From assembly GCF_009914755.1 (NCBI RefSeq), contig NC_060932.1: a stretch of 64,000 nt of DNA, one strand, 5' to 3'. Both the position numbers and the translations under genes were made by a program. Below are positions 38,367 through 55,069 of the stretch, piece by piece. Within the stretch, counting starts at the first letter, position 1; every line of letters starts with the position of its first letter. This DNA comes from the human T2T-CHM13v2.0 reference genome, Homo sapiens. Under the pieces are notes generated by a model. It was not told the DNA's origin. It saw only the letters and a program-made list of their open reading frames with translations, and searched no databases.

Positions 38367-39434
38367 GAGCTCACATTCAGAATTTGATGCAGTAAGTAAA
38401 TCAGCCTCAAATTATGATACAGTACGTTAAGTACTACAGCAGAGCTGAACACAGCATGCCATTGGTGTAGAGAGAAGGACCTCTCACTTGGACATGGAGA
38501 CAATGTAGATTTCCTGAAGAGTAAGATACTTGACCTGAGTTTCCAGGCTGCTTAGAAATTGATCAATCAAAACAGGCTTGGGGATATTCAATAACAAGCT
38601 ATGAAACCTGTGCCATAGCAATGAAACATGGGGAAATCGAAGTGCGTAGAAAATCAGCAGTTACTTTCGTTTGTCTAGACTACAGCAAATGAAACGGAGA
38701 TTGACAGGCAGTTAAAGGTCTCATGCAATATAATGAGGAGCTTGGCATCCACCTGCAAACTAGGCAAGGCCAGGTGGGTCTCCAATGTCCCTTCAAGTGG
38801 CTAAATGTGTTATTTACCCCTGGCTGAGGGGGCAGTGGAGTTTGAGATTTTATTTACGTTCTATAAGCCAAGCCAAGTCTTGTAACCTAGGTCTGGCACA
38901 TGTGTGTGTGAGTGTGTGTGTGCAAAGGTGCTGTATTTTTGCTAAGCCATGGGCCTGTAGGGCTCTGTCCACCTGGAAGTGTGTCTTTTTGTAATCTACA
39001 CAAAGGACAAAACCTGTGCTATAGAAGCCAGTAGATGCTTTTGCAAAATGTAAAAAATGTGGTTATAGTGAATGTATACTTTGGAAAGATGAGTCTGGTA
39101 GGTGTGAGGAGCATGGAATAGATGAAAAGACACAACCAGCAGAGAGAGCAGATAGCCAACTATTGCAATTACTCAAACTGTAATCAATTATTCAGTGGAA
39201 GCAGATAAGAGGGATCATATTTTCCAAATATCTTTATCACAGTCTTCTCCTCATAACCGCCTGCTATTTCTGATTTATTTTCCTCAGCTAAACATGGGTG
39301 TTACTACCCTTTCTCTACTTCAGTTTCAATTAAGAGGCTTACCAGTTATTGCCGTTTCCATCTAAGTATGTTTAAGAGATATATCGAGTCACTTTCTGCT
39401 AATAAAAATGATAACATGCCAAAGGTCTCTATTC

Positions 39435-40810
39435 TAGTCATGGATACAGGTTTTTGGGTGCTCAAGGTTTCTTTTGGGGGTTGCTGTTTAAGAACAGGTA
39501 TTTAAAATATAAATAATAATTTACAACAATTAATTTTTAAATAGAATTAAAACACACTCAAAAATTACAAATTAAGAAGCTGGCAAATATCACCACATCC
39601 ATAAAAATAACATAATATTCATATTAATATACTGCCTGACAAAATTCTGTAGAAAATAATCCCATTATTTTTAGTTGCATATTTTTTATGGTCTTTTTAT
39701 TTCCCTATTATTTTTAGTTGCTTTTTTTTTTTCTTTTTTTTTTCTTTTTTTTTTTTTTACAGAGTCTCCCTCTGCTGCCCAGGCTGGAGTGCAGTGGCGC
39801 GGTCTCTGCTCACTGCAACCTCCACCTCTCGGGTTCAAACAATACTCTTGTCTAAGCCTCCTGAGTAACTGGAGCTACACTCATGTGCCACCACACCCGG
39901 CTAATTTTGTATTTTTAGTAGAGATGGGATTTCCCCATTTTGGCCAAGCTGGTTTTGAACTCGTGACCTCAAGTGATCCACTCTCCTTGGCCTCAAAAGT
40001 GCTGGGATTAAAGGCGTGAGCCACCATGCCCAGCCCAGTTGCATATTTTTTACAATATCTTTGTTAATTATATTACTAATTTTATAGTATAGTTTTCTAT
40101 GGCAAAAATAGAAAGATGGTTCATTGAGTTGTTTTCTCAAACATCATTTTTTGTTTTACTTATTGGTGATAATCTATTAATAATTTAGGAATATGTTACT
40201 GGCTGTCAGTCCCTGTACCAGCTGGAGGACATGGGACTTAATACCTACATAAATTTGTCACCTGTTTAGATGTCATCTGTTTCCTTTTAAAGCAGAGCTG
40301 ATGCTTTTACTCTTATAAGACTGCATATGAGTTGAACAAAGGAACATATGGCAATGACTTGTTAGAGTGTATTTAAGAATTTAGGGGAGAAGAACTGTTC
40401 ACTGCCCAGAGTGAATGTGGTGTCCCCACACATATTCCGCCTCTGGGTGCCAGAGGAACATCCCAATGCAGCATGCTTTGGGTCCAACACTTTCAGGCCA
40501 TGGCACTGGGCCTTAGAAGGATCAGCCCACTGGGCATTAGAAGAATTTTTGAAAAGCATTTCTCCATCAGAATGTTAGCAATCACTTAACTAGACATAGA
40601 CTTACCTATATAAAGATATCACTGAAGCTCCAAGTGCCCACACCACCTCAATGCCACCCAAAATGAAGAAAGTATGCCAGAGGGGAAGGTGGCAAAGAAG
40701 GAGATAACATTCTTAATAGGTTGCTCTTAAAATATTTTACTTTTTCAAATTTTATAACAATGTACTACCTTATGAGCTCCTCTTTAGGAATGTGGCCTTG
40801 TGAGCAACTA
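39435..40810. mobile_element. Zaphod/MER115 (hAT-Tip100) remnants, both terminal regions, interrupted
   Basis: ggatacaggtttttgggtgctcaag..aaaattacaaattaagaagctggcaaatatcacc..aaaaataacataatatt..actgcctgaca (39435-40200) and tagcaatcacttaacta..ccacctcaatgccaccc..aaaatattttactttttcaaatttta (40480-40810). Confidence 0.7.
39722..40035 (-). mobile_element. AluS (Sz/Sx-like) inserted in Zaphod
   Basis: Full dimer; TSD agttgcatattttt at ~39673 and ~40037. Confidence 0.92.
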
Positions 40811-41059
40811 TTTGGCAAGTTCACCCTGGGTTTGGAGAACATCTGACCAAACCCTCCCCATTAGCCCATGAAAGCTGTGCCAGTTGCAGTTGAAAGAAGA
40901 GGCTATTTTCTCTTAGGGACAGAGCCCTTTGGAAGAAGGCCCGAGAATGGGTCCCACTAATGGCTGGGCTAGTTTTGTAGGATTTTACCTTGAACCCCTA
41001 CAAGACCCACCTAGACTGCAGCTGTGTGATGTCCATCTCAGTGGTATGGCAGAGGATAT

Positions 41060-41570
41060 AAGGTACCATTTTCTGATAGACTACCATTTGTTAGGTACAG
41101 TACATGACATTTTGTATACATTTATTTTAAATCCTGTCATTTTCTTGAGGGATAAGCGGTTACTACAACTCAGAATAATTAACCTGAATTAACCTGTCTG
41201 TAACTAGACAGGTAGTAAATAAAAACTAGGAACTCAGAACCTTTTTTTCTGGCTGTAAACTGAAAAAAAATGAATTGTAAAGATGACGATGATGATGATA
41301 TAATAATAATAAAACAAGCAAAGCTAATAATAGTTTACAACTAAAATTGATTAAGTTATTTCAATGTGTTGGTCACAGTTCTAGATGCTTTACATAGATC
41401 ATCTTATGTGGATCATACAGTGCCCAATATATGGATATATCATCCCCATTATGCAGAGGAAGACATTAACATACATGCCAGTTAGATGGCCTGCTCAGTT
41501 GTTATAGAGGTATACTGGAGTTTGAATTGACTTTACTTCAAAGGCCGTGTTCCAAGTCTAAGTTTTTGAT
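41060..41570 (-). mobile_element. Two MIR remnants
   Basis: atttattttaaatcct..ggtagtaaat; gatgctttacatagatcatctta..catccccattatgcagaggaagac. Confidence 0.6.
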
Positions 41571-41684
41571 TACCTTTTAAATGTGTTCTAAGATGAATTA
41601 ATCACTGAGTGCACAAAGAATAGAAAAATTCAAATATGCAATTTTTGTCTGTTCTCCTTCTCCCTTTGAACCAAGACATGCCAA

Positions 41685-42201
41685 TTATTAGTTACGCTTT
41701 TGCAGATAAATAGAACCAATAGGGTGTGTATAGTTATATAAGAGCAGATTAATCATGGCAATTGACTTCCATGATTATGAAAGTCAAGAAGTCCCAAAGG
41801 GTGTCATCTGCAAGCTGGAGACCCTAAAAAGCCAGGGATGTAATTCAGTCTGGTCTAATAACTGAAGGAGGTGCTAGGTGGGGAAGCCTGGTGTAAGTTC
41901 TGGAGATTGAAGCCCAAGAACCAGAAGCTCCAATGTCCAAGGGCATGAAAAGATGAAAGTTCCAGCTCAAGAAGAGGGAGAGAAATCACCCTTCCTTCAC
42001 TTTGCTGTTTTGTGTGGCCCTCAGTGCATCAGATGATGCTCACCCTCTGTGGCGTCAGCAGATCTTCTCTACTCAGTCTGTTGATTCCAATGCTAATCTC
42101 TTCCATAAACACATTCACAGACACATCCACAAATAATGCTTTACCAGCTTCCTGGGCATTTATTATCCCAGTCAAACTAACGTATATAACTAACCATCAC
42201 A
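41685..42201 (-). mobile_element. MLT2B1-like (ERVL) solo LTR
   Basis: agaaccaataggg..tctgcaagctggagacc..ttccaatgctaatctcttcc..ctaaccatcaca; TSD gccaa/gccag. Confidence 0.88.
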
Positions 42202-42910
42202 GCCAGTTTGTAAATATGCCTGTAACTAGACAGGTAGCATAGCACAGGCCAGCTGCCAAGACCATGGGCTCTCCTAATTCTGAGTACATTGGAGCAAAGG
42301 CCTTTGACAATCCAGGATTCAGCAGCAGGTTCAGATTTCCGTAATTTTCACCTTCTCTCTAGGCCCTTGCAGCTGGGAGATGATCTGTAACAGCAGACCA
42401 CCTTTGCAGACAGCAAAACAGAGGGATGCAGTTTTCACACCTGACCCAGTGGCACTGAATAAGTAAAAAAGTCAGGATGTGTGATGAACCCACTGGGAAA
42501 TTCATGCTGGCAGAAATATTATGTTCGATCTGTTTCCCTTCTGGGAGAACAGCTGGGTTACCTGGTTGTGAGTCTCTCTTATGGTTTTCTTCTGAACGGA
42601 TAATTCAGGCTGAGAAGTGAGACAATCACTTGCGTGCTTTAATTAAACAGTGGAATCCAAGAACTACGGGAAAACTCATGTGAGAAACATGGAAAACGTA
42701 GGAGTTAAATTTGTTGTTACTGTGGTGAGTGAGAGAGCACAAACTCATGGTCACCGTGCCCATTGAAAGGATCAGCCATAGTGCAAGGCCCATGAAATGG
42801 ATGCCCTAATTCAATATTTATGGCAGCATCCTCATTTCACAGATGAGAAGCCTGGGTTTCAGAAAAGTTAAATTTTTACTCAAGTTGACACTAATTACAG
42901 GTGGTACAGT

Positions 42911-43495
42911 TGAAGAAAGAGCTCAACTCTGGCAAAGGGAGACCAAGAGTAACCTCTGGTGTGGAAGTTGGCTGAGCACTCAGTGCCTGACTGTGCTATA
43001 CTCCTGTTGGACATGAGCTGTCTCTCAGAACACCAATTCAGACAAGGTTACTCCAAGACTATGATACAATAAAGCAAAGCAAGGATACTTCGTAATTTTG
43101 TGGAAGCACAGACAAAATCAATATCAGTATGCCACCTACAAAAGACCAAACAGCCCTTCTCTTGGCCAAAATGAGTGATGTCTACTTCTTTACTAATGAA
43201 GTTTTATTTTTGTTCTAGTCAGCTCTCCATCCAGATGAGATTTTTTTGAGATACCCAATCTTATAATTGCCTCCAGCTTTCTGACAGCATCTAATTTTGG
43301 CAAACTCTCCCCTCCTTCTGTCCTCTCCCAAATGACCTAACCTAAACCCCAAATCTACAGAAAGTTATTTCTATTACCATTTTACTGAGACACCCCATGA
43401 TTCCTCATGATATGTGTTATTTGTCTGTGCAACAGGTAATAAATTGAACTTGTTCACTACCCATATGTTTCTGGTAGTTTTTAAATAATTTGACA
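42911..43495 (+). mobile_element. MER67C/D-like (ERV1) LTR
   Basis: cagacaaggttactc, gagatacccaatc, ctgacagcatctaat, ttactgagacacccca, gtaataaattgaacttgttc, terminal tgaca. Confidence 0.75.
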
Positions 43496-43879
43496 AGTCT
43501 TTGTTTGGTGGATGGTGCCGTCAAAGAAGTAGGTATGGAAATCGTGTCAAGTTTGGGAAGTGCCAGTGCTGATGTGTGAACCTGGACAAGCTCCAGAACA
43601 AGTCAAGGACCCCTGAAGTTACTTATTCAGAAAATACAGGGTTTGACAATTGGATCTTCAAGAACCTTCTTGGTCTAAAGCCATAATCCATTTAACGACA
43701 TTCACACTTTTGATACTTGCAGCCTGTTAGGGTGGCCAGGGAAGGTTTTAGTATCTGCATCTGACAGAATAGAATAGTGAGACGCAGGGGCAACATTCAG
43801 TAACTAGCTTTTTGGCAGACCTGGAAATAAAATGAAAGCTAATTCCTAAGATCAGAGCATAATTGTATCTGCTTAGTAA

Positions 43880-44560
43880 AGATGATAACAGTAGCTAAGA
43901 GGAATTGAGTGCTTATCATTTGCCAATCCTCACAACAAGGCTATTTGTTAGATACTATTAGCATTCATTTTCTATATGGGGAAACTGATTTGCAGAAAGG
44001 CCAGGCAACTTGCTAACGTTTACAGCCAATGAGCGGCAAAGCCCAGATTTGAATTTGGACGGGAGGGTCTCAGTTTATGTTCTTCACCATGCTTTATCCC
44101 TCGTAAGCACAAAGTGTTCCAGGCAAAGGATTAGAACATTGTCTCACACATGGTAGATTCCTAATTAATACTAACTTTATCATCGTCTTATTTAAACATC
44201 CCAACACACCTACAGAAATTCGATGTAAGTAGCATTCATATCTCTATTTTTCAAATAAAAAAACTGAGGGAGTGTCATTAAATAACTCACTCAAGGCCAC
44301 ACAGTTTGTATGAGACAAGCATGAAACCTGAATCAAAGTATTTCAGAATGTAACTATACTGCCCCTAGTTGTTATTTGTAATTTATTTGGTCTATATTCT
44401 CTTAAAGATTGTGTGGTCGGTATTGAGGTATATATCTTATCTTCCTTACTTCTCACAGTAAGACTATGACTTAGGTATCGCTTTATCTTCTTTTTACCCA
44501 TCAAGAATATGAGGCAAACAAATATTCACTGATCTGTCCTAGATGATACATAATGTAGGT
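43880..44560. mobile_element. Two MIR (-) and one L2 (+) remnants
   Basis: aatcctcacaacaag..gggaaactga..gcccagatttgaa; aaaactgagg..ctcaaggccacacag. Confidence 0.6.
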
Positions 44561-45076
44561 TTTATGAAATCAGGGGTCATAACATGAGCAAATTATTGTA
44601 GTAAGCATCACTGCAGATGAGTCTTTTACTTTATCTAAGACCTAGTGACATTTACTAATATAAAAACAACTAATATGGTGATTTAAATGTTTTCATTAAA
44701 ATAGGTGGAGAAGGTTTCTTGTCTTCATAATTTATTAAACCCTACTCCAAATAAATACAAATTTCTTTTAAAATTCTTCATTAAAAATAGTAATTCAAAC
44801 ATATTTTCTCTCCTGTCATTCTAACAGAATGCTTACATTTTTACGTTATAAAAATGTAAGCATTTTTGGAAAGGAAAGGTTACATTTACTTATACACGTA
44901 TTCATAAGAAAAATATTGAACATCCACTCTACTCCAGCCACTTGATAGTCTCAGTAATTTCAAGGAAACTCTGACTTTGAAAACTAAATGACTTGCCTGA
45001 GGGCATTTAAATCCTGGCCTTTTAGCTGTAATTTATTAGCACACTGAATCACATGCAATTTATAAAATGTTTTCTC

Positions 45077-45606
<530 letters not shown>

Positions 45607-46305
45607 TTATAGCATAGGATCAGAAAGACATTAAGAATAAAAATACGAATAACTTTTTATAAAATGGATTTATAGTCATAAAATAAATAAATGTGTTCCT
45701 TAATAATGCTCCTGTTTTTATAATCAATTTGCCATGTTTTCAATCCTTCTAGTCAGGAGTCTATTTTGTGTGCGAATGTTACCAAAAACCTCAATAAATA
45801 CGTGTGAACAATTGCTGAAAACTATCCAATTGGTTTTTACGACTAAAGTTTTAGTTAATTTAATCATTAAGATCAATGATAAAGAAGTTTTCTTTGCTAA
45901 GAATCCTTGACTTTGAACAAGATAGAGCTTGAGAATGAAAGGTTTTTGCTTTCCTTTTTGTTTTAAATATTGTAGAACTTAGCAATAATTTTTTTAACCT
46001 TTCATCTTTTTTTACATTATTAATATTTTCATGATTTTTAAGCTGAAGGAAAATGATGCCAAATAGAAATTTGGATCTATGCAATGGAATGAAGAGCAAC
46101 AGAAATGAAAAATACGTGGGAAAACATTTTCTCTTTCTCAGTTTTTTGAAAGACAATTGATTTTTAAAGCAAAAATATAAACCATGCATTTTAATATAAT
46201 GTTTATTACATAGGTAGAAATAAATGGATGAAAGAAATAAATGGATGAAAGTAATAACACAAAGGACAGAAAGCCTGTAACTGAATGTTCGCCTTTTAAG
46301 GTCCT

Positions 46306-46537
46306 TAGAGTATACAATAAGTAGTATATTTATTCATATCAAATGACAATAATAATGCTAACAATAATAATAATAATCCATATAATGTCTCCTGAAAAAG
46401 AAACTATATAATCAGTATTTATAGAGCATACAATAAGTAGTATATTTATTCATATAAAATGACAATAATAATGCTAATAATAATAATAATAATCCATATA
46501 ATATCTCCTGAAAAAGAAACTATATAATCAGTATTTA
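46306..46537 (+). repeat. 116-bp tandem duplication (2 copies, 4 mismatches)
   Basis: 46306-46421 versus 46422-46537, direct alignment. Confidence 0.96.
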
Positions 46538-46743
46538 TAAAAAGCCAAGGGAAGAGATAAAAAGGAATATTGAAAAATAATCATAAAAAATAAAAATAAA
46601 AACTTAATCCACAGGAAGACAATTAAATAGATAACAAGTAATGTGATTGAATAACCATATCAATACATACCTTAAATGTAAATAGACTAAACATTCCAGT
46701 TGAAAAGCAGACACTGTCAGAATAGATTTAAATTTTAAAAAAA

Positions 46744-51022
<4,279 letters not shown>

Positions 51023-51029
51023 AAGAAAA

Positions 51030-51358
51030 GAAACTGAATCCTCAATGTGATATATCACAAGGTGAGGCCTTTAAGAGGTGATTAGGTCATGAGGTCTCTG
51101 CCGTCATGAATAGATTGATCTATTTATGGATTAATGGGTTAATGAGTAAATGGGCTATGCTGAGAGTGAGACTGGTGGCTTTATGAGAAGAGGCAACGAG
51201 GGTTCAGCTAGCACACCCAGCCCCCTTGCCGTATGATTCCCTGTGTTACCTTGAGGCTCTCCAGAGAGTTCCCTCATCAAGACTTTTCAGCCTTCACAAT
51301 TGTAAGAGATAAATTTGTGTTCTTTATAAATTACCCATTTTCAGATATTCTGTTATAT
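51030..51358 (+). mobile_element. MSTB1/B2-like MaLR LTR fragment lacking both termini
   Basis: ggcctttaagaggtgattaggtcatgagg..ggattaatgggttaatg..gactggtggctttat..ctttataaattaccca..tattctgttata. Confidence 0.8.
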
Positions 51359-52338
51359 ACCCCCATAGGTATGTTTATACTAATATTTCTTGTTTTTGAT
51401 TACCCTTCTGCTAAAATACCATAGAACTGAGTCTCGACACCACCATCTAAATTTTAGTTACACCCTATGCAATGTCTGATGGTCTGTAGGAGGGACCTCT
51501 GTGATAGGAACAAGTCTACCTGGATAGAGATGCAGACACCTGAGCATCAACTGCAGCTCTGTAACCTCTCCATCTTTGCATCTCTGAATTCAAATAGCTC
51601 TATGTATGAAAAGTGGAAGTTGGACTAGATGCTTTCAAACTGCCTTTCAGTTAGTTCTGAGATTTTACTGGTTTACTAGGCCCTGGGGAGAGTTTTACAC
51701 CCAGCTGCCAAGAGGCACAAAGGAGCTGTGGAAGACTGTCAGGGTCATTAAACCCTCCTCAGTGGCTGATTTTTTCCCAAGAGAGCCATAGCTGCTGGGG
51801 CAGCCAGAGTGCACAGGGATAAGCTTCAGAGATAAAATTGGATCAAGGTGTCTGCAATATTCAGTAGGACAAAATTAGCCTTCTTTCTGACCTTCAAAAT
51901 CATTCACCCCTATATTTGAAATCAGTAATAAAACTTCATTACAATTTAATCTTCAACATTGCCTTCTTAAGGATGCTAAATTACTTGATAGAGGGAATAA
52001 ACTAGTTTATAAGATATCAAAATTTTCCAGCAAAGGCAAATGCCCACATTTGAGAGTTCAACAGAGAACCATTCCTACATATGAGGGAATAAGCAGAAAA
52101 GCACCCAAATTTACCATGATATTCTATGATTTGTGAGATATGCTACCAATGTGACATAGTCCTGGAAATTACCTTTGTGTTTTTTGATTAAAGCCTCCTA
52201 TCTAGTACGTGAAGAACCATCCCTTGACAGATGTTTGGTGGTGGAAACCGCAGTTGAGTAAGGAACACAGGCAAAGTCCAACACAGTGAAAATGAACCAT
52301 AGGCCAAAATAGCCAGGTGGTATAAAGTTAGTTTAGTA

Positions 52339-52674
<336 letters not shown>

Positions 52675-52889
52675 TTAAGAATATACCCTTACCCCAGGAC
52701 ATACTTATATACATATACACATTCACATGTACAGATAAAAAATTAACATTTATAATACTGTCTCAATTCTGACCTTCTTGAAGATTTCATATTTCATCTC
52801 TACTTATTCTGTATTGAAACTTTCATTGAGTGGTATGCTGGGGTAATTTCACTGGCTCATGAAAGCCAATAGTTATATTTTTATTAATT

Positions 52890-53965
52890 AACAAAAGAGA
52901 CCTAATTAAACTAAATAACTGTTGCAAAGCAAAATAAACTGTCATCACAACAAACAGACAACCTACACAATATGAGAAAACATTTGCAAACTATGCATCT
53001 GACAAAGGTCTAATATCCAGAATCTATAATGAACTTGAATAAATGATCAAGCAAAAAACAAATAAGCCCATTAAAAAGTGGACATAGGACATGAACAGAA
53101 ACTTCTTAATAGGAGACGTATCTGTGGCCGACAAGCATATGAAAAGATGCTCAGTATCCCTAATCATTGGGGAAATGCAAATCAAAATCACAATGAGATA
53201 TCATCTCACACCAGTCAGAATGGCTATTGTAAAAAACAAAAAGATGCTGGAGAGGTTGCAGAGAAAAGGAAACACCCTGTGCAATGTGTGTCTCACTGCT
53301 GGTGGGAATGTAAATTAGTTCAGCCACTGTGGAAAGCAGTTTGAAGATTTCTCAAAGAACTTAAAGCAGATCCATTTGACGCAGCAGTCCCATTACTGGA
53401 TATATACCCAAAGATATATAAATTGTTCTACCATAAAAACATATGCAGACGTACGTTTATCACATATGCATGCATACATTTATCACAACACTCTTCACAA
53501 TAGCAAAGACATAGAATCAATGTAGGTGCACATCGGTGGTGGACTGGCTAAAGAAAATGGGGTGCATATATACTATGGAATACTACATAGCCATTAAAAA
53601 AAAAAGACAAGATCACGTCCTTTGCAGCAACATGGATGGAGCTGGAGGCCATTATCCTAACCACATTAACATAGGAACAGCAAACCAAACACCACATATT
53701 GTCAAGTATAGGTGGAAACTAAACACTAAGTAAGTGTGGACACAAAGAAGGGACATGAAGAAGAGACCAGGGCCTCCTTGAGCTTAGAAGATGGGAGGAG
53801 GGTGAGGATTGAAAAATTACCTATTGTGTATTATGCTGATTACTTGGGTGACAAAATGATCTGTACACCAACTACCCACAACACACAATTTGCCTATATA
53901 ACAAACCTGCACATGTACATCCTTGAACATAAAACTTGGAAAGAAAAAACATAAATAAATAAATA
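52890..53965 (+). mobile_element. L1PA16-like 3' fragment (~1.1 kb)
   Basis: Peptide [32 protein letters not shown] (ORF 53091-53318); 3'UTR gggtgaggattgaaaaattacctatt..atctgtacacca; TSD-like tttt(t/c)attaatt on both sides. Confidence 0.9.
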
Positions 53966-54029
53966 AATTTTCATTAATTTTGCAAACTGTTGATTAAACA
54001 CAGACATTATTAAAAGTTAAATTATAAAA

Positions 54030-54210
54030 ATTCAAATAATTATAATTATGTAATAAATTATATATAGTTATATAATATATTATGTTATATTATAATTTAT
54101 ATAATTACAATGATATAAATATAATTAATATATATAATTGTATATTATATATTTATATATAAATATATTTATATCATTGTAATTATAATTATATAAATGT
54201 TAATAAATTA
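54030..54210. repeat. AT-rich low-complexity expansion containing a perfect 24-bp inverted repeat
   Basis: Arms 54100-54123 and 54164-54187. Confidence 0.9.
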
Positions 54211-54977
54211 CATTAAAAATCAAGATAAATAACAAAAGTCACTTCATAAATATTGTTTCATATTTTAATATTATATATATTATTGAGAGTATGGTGGAAA
54301 TATGACACCAACTCCATATTCAGTGACGTCACATGAGTAGCTTGAAGCAGGCCATCATAACAGTATTTCCACCACAGAAATGAGAAAATGCTGCAAATCG
54401 AGTTTGATTTATGGTTTTGTTGATTGTCCAAACTTAAGAAAGTGCTGGAGAAAATATAAATAATACACATTAAACTTAGAAGTATGTCATGTTTGTAACC
54501 ATTACATCGTGAAAAACACAACATATTGGGAAAGTATTCACCTAGTATTACACAACTCTTACCAATTCAACAAAGATGTTGTTCACATGACCTACTGACG
54601 AATAAGTGAAGTTCTAACATATATCTTTGCTGTTTCACTTTGATTTTGCTTGTTATTATAAATGAAAAAACATTAACTGACATTTATATTGGAACTACAT
54701 TATTTTGCCAATGATGTGAGTGACTTTGCTTAAGTGGATACTAAACAAACATTTATTCATGGGTTTATTTTTGTATCACTTCTGTTGGAAATAGAATTAT
54801 AAAAACTTGTGGTAGATTTTGCAAGAAATAGCAGGTCCTGCTGAAGTTACAGGTGTGTAGAATTTACAATAAATGCCGTTGTATATTTGACATTATTTGT
54901 AAATTGTATCATTATTTGTAAAGCACACAAATGCTTTTATAAATTTTACAGATATTAAGAGAGACAAAATGCTAAGA

Positions 54978-55005
<28 letters not shown>
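54978..55005. repeat. (CA)n microsatellite
   Basis: Directly visible. Confidence 0.95.
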
Positions 55006-55010
<5 letters not shown>

Positions 55011-55069
55011 AATATAATCACTTTTTAAAAGAAAGCTAGTTGATAAACGCTTACCAGGACACCACTGCT

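Larger units (their letters stand above)
52828..55067. mobile_element. MER63C/D (hAT-Blackjack) DNA transposon, split by L1PA16
   Basis: TIRs gagtggtatgctgg ... ccaggacaccactg; internal ttcagtgacgtcacat..gtagcttgaa, acttaagaaagtg; degenerate 8-bp TSD ctttcatt/ctgtcctt. Confidence 0.82.

Noticed and set aside
51698-51720. CTCF-like motif ctgccaagaggcac
   Set aside because: Several mismatches to the core; such matches are common by chance and unsupported without ChIP data.
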